Positions 55,278 through 63,047 of a stretch of 64,000 nucleotides of DNA are shown piece after piece (the stretch's first letter is position 1; the number at the start of each line of letters is the position of its first letter). A program made the translations under genes and the position numbers. The stretch comes from Pseudomonadota bacterium (GTDB taxonomy: Bacteria > Verrucomicrobiota > Verrucomicrobiia > Limisphaerales > SXTU01), in contig RFSE01000011.1 in assembly GCA_009924135.1 (NCBI GenBank), positions 921 to 64,920 of the forward strand. The letters run 5' to 3'. Below the pieces are notes generated by a model, which was given only the letters and a program-made list of their open reading frames with translations, did no database searches and was not told the origin of the DNA.

Positions 55278-56943
55278 TTAAAATTTCTTGGTCAACGTGA
55301 TTGAAGCGACGTTTTCCACATAGCTATCCAGGAAGAAATTCGATTCGCGCCGCTCGTTTTGCAGCAGGATCGAGGTCTCAAACGTCGGCGTATGAGCAAA
55401 CACCAGTTCACACCGGATCGTATGCAGATCGAAGCGGATCGGGGGGGGTCCCCTCGCGGCCAACGCTGTGCGTCCACGCGTACCCGAACCGGGTGATAAA
55501 GCGGTCGAGTGCCCGATAGTTGAACCGGCCTTCCGTCCGGAATTGCTTGCCCCCGAAGGAGTTGTTCGGGTTATCAATCGGCTCCACGTTCTGTTCCTGC
55601 ACGGCCGCCTCGAGAATGATGTCCGGGCTGGCCTGGAGCTGGGCGTGATAGCCAACCAGCGTCACGATGGACCGATCCGGGTACGTGATGGTGCGCAGGT
55701 AATCCAGCTCGTGTTCGAAGCGTTCCCGGGGCCGGTTGATCAGCCGCACCGACCATACATAGCCCTCGCTGGATGAATCCCCCGCCAGGAAGTATCCCAT
55801 GTCGGCGCTGAGATCGAGATAGGGCGTGATCGGGCCGATGAAGCCTCCCCGGGTCGCCGCATCATAACCAGACCGGCCTTCCTGATGCCGTGCCGTGTAG
55901 CTGAAAAACGGTTTGAACCGCAGGTTTTCACGTTCCGAACGCAACTCGGCGACGAACGAATCCGCGCTGCTTGGCTGCCCGAGACTGTCGCGGGCCTGCT
56001 AGATGTTCTCGTGCGTGTAGCCAGCGGTGAAGCGCGTGACGGTCGGCAGGACCGTGCTCGCATTGGCACCAATGACGTTCCGAAAGGATGGAGCCGAACG
56101 GAAGCGTCGGTCCGTCGCCCCCTGCGCCTGCGTATCCCGGTACGAATACCGACCGGCCGTGTCCTGCAGGTCGTTGGCCTGACGATCCAACAAGTCAAAC
56201 GCCCGCCCGGTTCCGAACCCTCCACTCTGCACGGTGAAATCCTCCAACACCTGGAAATCCAGGTGATTCATGGGGATATCGTAGGTAAACTGGGTCTGAA
56301 ACAAGGGCGCGAGGCTGAAGGAATAGTCCGCCAGCGGATCGCGGAAGCCGACTTCTCCCTTCAACGGCAGCCAGATTGCCGTGCCGGCCGCCGAGAGCCG
56401 CATCGCCTCATTGACCTGGTAAATGACGCCAGTCTGCAACCGCACAATGGCAATCTCATCGGTCTTCCGACCAACCTGGACGAGGTTGATGTTATCGCTG
56501 ACCAAGGCGGAGGTGCTGAGGGAGAACACCTGCAGATAGAAATTTCCCAGCTTGAACTGGGCCTCCTCCGGACGGCTGGCAAAACCGAAAAGCGGCAGCC
56601 CGGCCGTGGGCCCGAGCGGGGCGGCGACGCGAAACTGCCCCTCGCCGTAACCGATCTTGGGCACCCGGATGATGCCATCCTGAAAGGTGCGGAAAAAGCC
56701 CTGCTGTGCCGCATCCGCATCCCGCACCAGGCTCGGCTCCGTCGTACCCGCCCCGCCCACTTCGGCGTCCGCCTTTTCGCTGAGTGTCGTGGTAGTGAGG
56801 CCCTCGCGGAGGCCGCCGGGCCGGAGGGTGGCGCTGGCCGCACCGGTGGCCTGACTGGATACCTGCGCTGAGGCCGAGGCCACGCAGGCCAGCGAGAGCG
56901 CGCCGCCCAAGAGGAACTTCGAGCGACAGCTCAGGGAACGCAT
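55278..56943 (-). pseudogene. outer-membrane beta-barrel protein of the EPS locus, disrupted by an in-frame TAG and a homopolymer frameshift
   Basis: Three ORF-track pieces form one gene. 55999..56946 carries a signal peptide (MRSLSCRSKFLLGGALSLACVASASAQ). 55408..55944 is in the same frame, separated only by TAG at 56001..55999. 55278..55655 supplies the C-terminus, which ends in ...ITLTKKF (terminal Phe). Removing one C from the C8 run (G8 on plus, 55441-55448) joins the frames: ...GREGTPPIRFDLHTIRCELVF... Confidence 0.75.
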
Positions 56944-56961
56944 CACCGGGACGGAAGGGGG

Positions 56962-57234
56962 TTATCGTTGCGCCCGCTTGGGCTTGCGCCAGAAGGAAAG
57001 TGAACCGGTGGCGGCATTTTTCCAGGCGATCGCCAGATATGGAAAGATGGCGAACGGCCCGAACATGATGACCAGCATCGTCCACAGCGAACGCCGCTTC
57101 TTGTCGAAAGGCTGCTGGTTGATGCTCCAAATGACACAGCCCAGCGTAATCAGATAGAGCAGCACAGCGATGCTGATCGTCTGGCTGTTAATCTTCACGC
57201 TTTCCAAGCTGAAGCGTTGCAGAATGTCTTTCAT
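56962..57234 (-). CDS. small two-TM membrane protein, PLDc_N-like
   Basis: Trimmed to ATG 57234 (MKDILQRFSL...). SIAVLLYLITLGCVIWSI and LWTMLVIMFGPFAIFPYLAIAWK resemble PLD-nuclease N-terminal-domain proteins. Recognised from memory. Confidence 0.5.
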   Translation of the reverse strand: MKDILQRFSLESVKINSQTISIAVLLYLITLGCVIWSINQQPFDKKRRSLWTMLVIMFGPFAIFPYLAIAWKNAATGSLSFWRKPKRAQR

Positions 57235-57336
57235 GGTCCGTTTCGCTTGCGTCCCGACAACCCGGCACTGAGAACAACGGTCATTGTTACTGCGGCCAGC
57301 TCGCCGCCTCAATCAAAAACCCACGGGCTAGGGCCA

Positions 57337-58413
57337 TTAGGCCAGATCCACCCACTGCCGGGTCTCGGCTGACTTTAACGCCGCGTCCGTCACATCCTGC
57401 ATCCGCGCGCCATCGTGGAACGTCACGCTGCACGGACGCTGTTCGCGGATGGCGTTGATAAATTCGACCGCCTGGTCATAGCGGAAGCTCACCAGCGGAT
57501 CGCCCACGCCGGGATCGCGCGGCGAACCGGGCCAGGTGTAAAACTCACGCGGAATGGGCAGGGCCTTGAGACCGGGGCCGCCGACCTTGCCGAACTGCAA
57601 CTCATTCCAGGTGCCCGTGGTGAAGCTAAAGCTGGCCTCGCTGCCGTTCAACTCCACGCGATCCGGGCTGCGCCAGCTTTCGTTGGTACCGCTGGCGAGT
57701 TTCGAGCTTTCCAGCACGCCGCTGGCACCGTTTTGGAATTCCGCGAGAATGGCCACCCAATCATCCGTGTCATTGGGAGCTCCACCGCGCACAGGGGTGA
57801 GGTTTTTTAGGTTCGCCACCAGCCGGGCCATTGGCCCGATCAGATGATGCGCAAAATCAATGCGGTGCGAGAGCATGTCGCCAATCTCGCCCGTGCCCGC
57901 GAGCTTCTTCTGCTGCCGCCAGCCGACATTGCGGGTGCCCCAGTCCTGGAGACGGCAGGAACGGTAGTGATACGGGCGACCCAGCTCGCCCTGATCTACG
58001 AGATGTTTCAGGTAACGCATGGCCGGCACGAAGCGGTAGGTGAATGCCGTCATGTGGCGCACGTTGGCCTGCTCGGCGGCATCAGCCATCGCGTGGGCAT
58101 CCGTAGCATTCAGCGCGAGCGGCTTCTCGGAGAGGACGTGTTTGCCGGACCGCGCAGCGGCGATGGCCACGGGCGGGTGAAACGCGTTCGGCGTGGCGAT
58201 GATGAGCGCGTGCACATCGTCGCGTTTGACGATGTCTTCCCAGTTGGTGGTGACGACGGGCGCACCGGTTTGCTGACGGGCAGTTTCCAAGGTGGCGGGA
58301 TTGGCGTCGCACAACGCGTGGACCTTCACGTCCTTGCACAGGGCGAGGCCGGGAAGATGGTTCTGCAACGTAATGCCGCCGGTGCCGATGATGGCGATGT
58401 TCAATGTGCTCAT
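57337..58413 (-). CDS. Gfo/Idh/MocA family NAD(P)-dependent oxidoreductase
   Basis: Trimmed to ATG 58413 (MSTLNIAIIGTGGITLQNHLPGL). Rossmann GxGxxG motif and EKPLALN. Confidence 0.85.
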   Translation of the reverse strand: MSTLNIAIIGTGGITLQNHLPGLALCKDVKVHALCDANPATLETARQQTGAPVVTTNWEDIVKRDDVHALIIATPNAFHPPVAIAAARSGKHVLSEKPLALNATDAHAMADAAEQANVRHMTAFTYRFVPAMRYLKHLVDQGELGRPYHYRSCRLQDWGTRNVGWRQQKKLAGTGEIGDMLSHRIDFAHHLIGPMARLVANLKNLTPVRGGAPNDTDDWVAILAEFQNGASGVLESSKLASGTNESWRSPDRVELNGSEASFSFTTGTWNELQFGKVGGPGLKALPIPREFYTWPGSPRDPGVGDPLVSFRYDQAVEFINAIREQRPCSVTFHDGARMQDVTDAALKSAETRQWVDLA

Positions 58414-58486
58414 GTGAAAAGCGGGTGCGAGTATGGCGAGCGTGTTTGCAAAGGCAAGCAACGGGAAGCTCGATCCCGGCACTGAA

Positions 58487-59755
58487 TCACTTAGCCAGGA
58501 TCGGCGGCTCGCATGACTCACCGGCGGTTTCAACGAGCCCGGTGGCGTCGCGGAGGCGCGTCGCGAGCCACAGCAGCTCGTCGATGGACAGGTTGCTGCA
58601 AAACCCATGCTGCTGCTGGTACAGGGTGTGGACTTGGATTTCCTGCACCGGCACGTGGTTGATTTCCACCCCGCTGTCGCCGACCCGGATGGCAGCGAGC
58701 TCACTCCGGGTGCGTTTGAAGGTCTTCGTGCCCAAGAAGGATTGCTGCACGATGATGAGTTCGTCGCGTGAGGCGCGGATCGACGCCTTGCGAAAGGCCA
58801 GGTTCACGGCGTTCGCCAACATGCCCAGCCCGATGAGGACGAACACCCCGACAAATAAGAACGCAAACCACGGCGGCCGGCTGCTGCGCCCGTCCAGCGC
58901 CGCCCCGATGAATCCGGCGGCCACGACGATGGAAATAATCAACCAGCACGCGGCGAAACCGAGCATAAGGCGCGACGCGCCCTTGAAGCCGGATCGCGGG
59001 ATCACCACCACGAGGCCGCCCGCCTGCTCCATGATGCGGACCTTGGTGCCGGCCGGCGGGTCGTAAACGTCGGCGGCTACGGCCTTGGTCCCGGTGACCA
59101 GGTTTCGCTGCATGACGGTCGTGGGCAGCGGAGCAACTCCGGTCAGGGAAGCAAGGTCCGCAGTCAGACGCGCAGCGAGGGCTTCCGTCCAGACGCGCGG
59201 ATAACCGAGCAGGACAACGCGGGGTTTCGCCGCGCCGACTTCGGCTCCGAGGAACCCAACATCCGACAGCGGGCCAGCCGTAACCGGCTGGCCGTTGACG
59301 CGCAACGCATCCGACGCCAGCGTGAAGCAGCGGATGTCCTTGAGGGAAATCCGGCGGGTCCACCAGAACGGTCCGCCCCGCTCGCACGCGATAAGTTCGC
59401 CCGGGTGCACCTCGATTTCGCAACGGCCGCACAACGCAAACACGCCAAGGCCGATGACACTCAACCCGGCTGCAAGGAAAGGCAGACCAAACAGCGCCAA
59501 GAGCGCACCGCCAATTTGAAATCCGCCGCCCTGGGTCATGCCCAGCACACCGAGCATCCAAAACCCCGCGAACCCGGCAAAGACACAGCCGAAACCGATG
59601 AGGAAGACGGCCATGACCTTGAGCGGCCCGGTCTCACGCGGTGGCAGGAGGTAACGGGTCGAGTGCGCGCCCGGCTCGACGCGGATTTCCGGCGGCAGCG
59701 TTGGATTCACGGCTGGCCCATGTTTAGCCCCGGCCAGAGCGTGGGTAAAGAGCAT
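58487..59755 (-). CDS. membrane protein with a duplicated (2 TM + soluble beta-rich domain) module, bPH/YdbT-like
   Basis: ATG 59755 (alternatives GTG 59791, TTG 59797). The two halves each have two TM helices followed by ...GELIA...ISLKDIRCFTL and ...DELIIV...RSELAAIRVG. No family confirmed. Confidence 0.55.
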   Translation of the reverse strand: MLFTHALAGAKHGPAVNPTLPPEIRVEPGAHSTRYLLPPRETGPLKVMAVFLIGFGCVFAGFAGFWMLGVLGMTQGGGFQIGGALLALFGLPFLAAGLSVIGLGVFALCGRCEIEVHPGELIACERGGPFWWTRRISLKDIRCFTLASDALRVNGQPVTAGPLSDVGFLGAEVGAAKPRVVLLGYPRVWTEALAARLTADLASLTGVAPLPTTVMQRNLVTGTKAVAADVYDPPAGTKVRIMEQAGGLVVVIPRSGFKGASRLMLGFAACWLIISIVVAAGFIGAALDGRSSRPPWFAFLFVGVFVLIGLGMLANAVNLAFRKASIRASRDELIIVQQSFLGTKTFKRTRSELAAIRVGDSGVEINHVPVQEIQVHTLYQQQHGFCSNLSIDELLWLATRLRDATGLVETAGESCEPPILAK

Positions 59756-59814
59756 TGCAGGAATTGAGCGAAGCCCTAGAGTCCCGCCCACGTCCAAAGC
59801 GCCGACTATAACAA

Positions 59815-60870
59815 ATGAAACTGATCACCCGTTTCTTCGCCAGCCTGCTCCTCGGAGCCGCCGTCACCACCTCCCGCTCCGCCGAACCCACCTGGGTCAC
59901 GTACGAACCCAAGGCCGGTCCCGGAGCCGGCAAGCACATCGTCCTCATGTCGGGTGACGAGGAGTATCGCAGCGAAGAAGGCCTGCCCCAGCTCGGCAAG
60001 ATTCTGTCCCAGCGGCACGGCTTCAAATGCACCGTGCTCTTCGCCGTGGACCCCGCCACCGGCGAAATCGCCCCCAACAAGGGCAACAACATCCCCGGCA
60101 CCGAGGCCCTCAACAGCGCCGACCTGCTCATCATCCTCACCCGCTTCCGGAACCTGCCCGACGAGCAGATGAAGCCCGTTGACGCCTTCCTCAAGGCGGG
60201 CAAGCCCGTCATCGGCCTGCGCACCGCCACCCACGCCTTCAACGGCATGAAGGGCGAATTCGCCCGTTACAACAACGGCTACAAGGGCGAGCCGAAGGAA
60301 TGGGCGGATGGCTTCGGCCGGCTCGTGCTCGGCGAGCAGTGGATCAGCCACCACGGCTCCCACAAGGGCGAATCCACGCGCGGCCTCTTCGCGCCGGACG
60401 CCCAGGGCAACCCGCTGCTTAACGGCATCAAGGACGGTGAAATCTGGGGCGCGACCGATGTCTATGGCGTGCGCCTGCCGCTGCCCGGCGATTCCAAGCC
60501 CCTCGTGCTCGGCCAGGTGGTGAAGCGCAAGGGCCCGGCGGAGAAGGACGACAAAAACTTCGGTCTGCGGCCCACCGACAATGAGCCGGTCGAGGGCAAG
60601 AAAAACGATCCCATGATGCCCATCGTCTGGACCAAGAGCTACCAGTTGCCCGAGGGCAAGCCCGGCAAGGCCTTCACCACCACGATGGGTTCCTCGACCG
60701 ACCTCGAGAACGAGGCCTTGCGCCGCCTGCTCGTCAACGCCACCTACCAATTGCTTGGGATGCCCGTGCCCGCCAAGGCGGAAGTGGACATTGTTGGGGA
60801 ATACAAGCCGACGGCGTACGGCTTCGGCGGTTTCAAGAAGGGCGTGAAGCCCGCCGACCACAAGCTGTAA
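59815..60870 (+). CDS. ThuA-domain protein, secreted (second copy in the window)
   Basis: Signal peptide MKLITRFFASLLLGAAV. Contains HIVLMSGDEEYRSEEGLPQLGKIL, LIILTRFRNLPDEQM, GLRTATHAF, MPIVWTKSY. Confidence 0.75.
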   Translation: MKLITRFFASLLLGAAVTTSRSAEPTWVTYEPKAGPGAGKHIVLMSGDEEYRSEEGLPQLGKILSQRHGFKCTVLFAVDPATGEIAPNKGNNIPGTEALNSADLLIILTRFRNLPDEQMKPVDAFLKAGKPVIGLRTATHAFNGMKGEFARYNNGYKGEPKEWADGFGRLVLGEQWISHHGSHKGESTRGLFAPDAQGNPLLNGIKDGEIWGATDVYGVRLPLPGDSKPLVLGQVVKRKGPAEKDDKNFGLRPTDNEPVEGKKNDPMMPIVWTKSYQLPEGKPGKAFTTTMGSSTDLENEALRRLLVNATYQLLGMPVPAKAEVDIVGEYKPTAYGFGGFKKGVKPADHKL

Positions 60871-60923
60871 TCCAGCGGAACCGGGCTTGCCTTTGCGCGG
60901 CCCATCGTCACCATCCCTTACGC

Positions 60924-61178
60924 ATGGCCTTGCCGCAGACCCCTGTCACGTTGACGCCGGAGCAGGTGGCCGAGTTGAACGAAAAACTCGCCACCCTGCG
61001 GCACGACATCAACAACAACCTCTCGCTCATCGTGGCGGCGGTCGAGCTGCTGCGCCGCAAGCCCGAGCTGGCCCCGCGCATGATTGAGAGCATCTCCCAG
61101 CAGCCGGACAAGATCATCACGCAGATGCGCTCCTTTTCGGCGGACTTCGAGAAGTCGCTCGGCATCACGCGGGATTGA
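60924..61178 (+). CDS. small stand-alone protein resembling a histidine-kinase DHp (HisKA-like) helix pair
   Basis: 84 aa. LATLRHDINNNLSLIVAAVELL resembles the H-box (hAHDhNNhL..I) of sensor kinases. No ATPase domain follows. Confidence 0.5.
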   Translation: MALPQTPVTLTPEQVAELNEKLATLRHDINNNLSLIVAAVELLRRKPELAPRMIESISQQPDKIITQMRSFSADFEKSLGITRD

Positions 61179-61315
61179 GCAGCTGCCCGCTGTAATTAGC
61201 GGACATGCGGGATGAGACTGCCGGGAGGCTTGGCTGTCATCCGCTGTCTCAACGAAGCTATGTCCGCGAAAGCAAGGCCCGCCTTCCCTGCAACTGCCCA
61301 AGTAAGGCGGCAGAT

Positions 61316-61692
61316 TCAATAGGCAAGTCGCCGCACACCCGGTGCCCGATCAAAGGCCACATCCCGGCTGATGACCGGCTCACGATAGTAGCGCGCAAAA
61401 CCGGCAATCCAGTTGTCGTTCTCCCCGACCGCCGACCGCTTGCTATCATAGCACGGTCAATCTCGCCAGCGGCCTCCACCACTCCCATGTGCAACGGGTA
61501 AATCTCCCAGCGCGCCAGCCAATACCGCGCCGCCGCAGACGTTTGGAATAACACCCACACTTCTCCCGCCGTGATAATCGTGAGCCGGATGCGTTGAGCC
61601 CGCTGTGCGTGGAAAAATTGCGTGGCCGGTCCCGCTTGGTCCCGTCGCCGCTCTTGAATGAGATCGGAGACGAAGGTGGTGTCCGCAATCAC
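61316..61692 (-). pseudogene. vapC: PIN-domain toxin VapC, frameshifted
   Basis: The N-terminal frame is MIADTTFVSDLI...ITAGEV...AAGEIDRAMIAS. The conserved C-terminal part (GENDNWIAGFARYYREPVISRDVAFDRAPGVRRLAY*) is in another frame ending at TGA 61318..61316. The frames switch around 61425-61460, consistent with loss of one nucleotide. Confidence 0.75.
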
Positions 61693-61916
61693 TTCCGCTG
61701 GCTCCTCCGGCCCCGGCCCGCGCGCAACGCCTTCAGAGCCGCTTCATCCAGCTCGGGAGCCGGGCTGGCCCAAATCTCATCAATCAACTCCCCGGCATTC
61801 GCACACGGCTTGCGCACATGGTGGCGAATGACCTTGCTGAAGGAGTCGCCCGGCTGCTTCAGGTCCGCGAGCAACCCATACGCCGTCTCGTCGATGGTGA
61901 TGATCTTGAATGCCAT
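61689..61916 (-). CDS. vapB: VapB-type antitoxin (PF02697/DUF217-like)
   Basis: Trimmed to ATG 61916 (MAFKIITIDETAYGLLADLKQPGDSFSKVIRHHV). Has a 4-nt ATGA overlap with vapC. Confidence 0.75.
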   Translation of the reverse strand: MAFKIITIDETAYGLLADLKQPGDSFSKVIRHHVRKPCANAGELIDEIWASPAPELDEAALKALRAGRGRRSQRK

Positions 61917-62031
61917 GCACGAAGGATACACGAAACTTCACCCCGGTCAACGGAAGCAGGCATGGTCGCAGGGGTGCAAGAATAGGACCAATTCAACGTT
62001 TACCCGGCGTGCGCGTTGGCCCGTCGCGAGC

Positions 62032-62979
62032 TTACTTCCGCCGCCATTCGATCTTCGGTGGTTCGGGCAGTCCCTGGGCCCGGAGGGCGGTGCGGAAGTG
62101 CATCTTTCCCACGCGGGCCAGCCCGGCCACGCCGTGTTGCTCGAAGATCTGCTTGGCCACCTTGTCCACCGCAGCGGACGCGCCTTTGGGCAGTTCGATG
62201 CCCAGGTCCCGGCCCATGGCCGCGAGCCGGGTCACAAACTCGTGCCGGGCGAGGATCGAGGCGGCGGCCACGGCGAGGTCTTCTTCGGCCTTGTGCCGCT
62301 GCACGAGCTTCAGCTTCAGTCCGCGCGCCTTGGCTTCCCGGGCGACGGTGCTCTCGGTGGCGGCGAACTGGTCGATGATCGCGTGGGCGGGCGGCGGGTT
62401 CAGATGATGCGCCGGGGCCAGCAGGGCCAGGATGGAACTGACGTGGCCCTTGGCAAGCAGGGGGTTGAGGCTGCGTTCCTCGCGGTACCGCTGGTTGTAA
62501 TTCACGCCGCCGAGGGCGAGGACTTCGCTATGACAGCCGGGCGTTTCGCGGATAAGCTTGGCGAGGTCGGCAATGCGCCGGTCACTGCCGATGTTCTTTG
62601 AATCCTGGATGCCGGCATCCTTCCACGCGCGCACCACCTCTTCGTTCACGTAAACCGCTGCCACACACAGGGGGCCGAAGAAATCGCCCTTGCCCGATTC
62701 GTCCACGCCGATGCGGGCGGTGAACATCTCCGGGTGCAACACCTCTTCGTAGCCCAGTTCAGCCTGCTTCAATATCTCCGGCTCCAGCACGAACTCGACG
62801 AATTCCTGCGTGCCCTTGCCCTGCACGACGAGCTTGCCACTGTCGTAGAAGACGACGTTGAGTTTGTCCTTCTCACCGGCGAACCGCGCGTAGGGGACGG
62901 TGCGGGGCTTGAAGCCGTGCTCGCGCAGGTGGGCGTCCAACTGGGTCGCCTGCGCGTCCGTCAGCTTGCAGGTGTGCAT
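62032..62979 (-). CDS. rnhC: ribonuclease HIII
   Basis: Trimmed to ATG 62979 (MHTCKLTDAQ...). Has an N-terminal TBP-like domain (VVFYDSGKLVVQGKG) and an RNase HII/HIII core (IGVDESGKGDFFGPLCVAAVYV, DSKNI, AASILAR). Confidence 0.9.
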   Translation of the reverse strand: MHTCKLTDAQATQLDAHLREHGFKPRTVPYARFAGEKDKLNVVFYDSGKLVVQGKGTQEFVEFVLEPEILKQAELGYEEVLHPEMFTARIGVDESGKGDFFGPLCVAAVYVNEEVVRAWKDAGIQDSKNIGSDRRIADLAKLIRETPGCHSEVLALGGVNYNQRYREERSLNPLLAKGHVSSILALLAPAHHLNPPPAHAIIDQFAATESTVAREAKARGLKLKLVQRHKAEEDLAVAAASILARHEFVTRLAAMGRDLGIELPKGASAAVDKVAKQIFEQHGVAGLARVGKMHFRTALRAQGLPEPPKIEWRRK

Positions 62980-63002
62980 GGTCAGCGGTTTCACGGCGCG
63001 GA

Positions 63003-63030
63003 GTTTCGGGTTTGGTGTTTCCGGTTTCGA
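63003..63030. repeat. heptamer array GTTTNNN x4
   Basis: gtttcgg gtttggt gtttccg gtttcga, 24 nt upstream of the rnhC ATG. Confidence 0.8.
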
Positions 63031-63047
63031 GTGCAAACTTCACCCGC

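Noticed and set aside
55999-56001. The in-frame TAG in the outer-membrane barrel gene as programmed recoding (pyrrolysine or readthrough).
   Set aside because: There are no pyl genes or PYLIS-like context visible. TAG is used as an ordinary stop elsewhere in the window (for example glpK and the PQQ gene at 14270). The same gene also has a frameshift, so a mutation or sequencing error is the simpler explanation.
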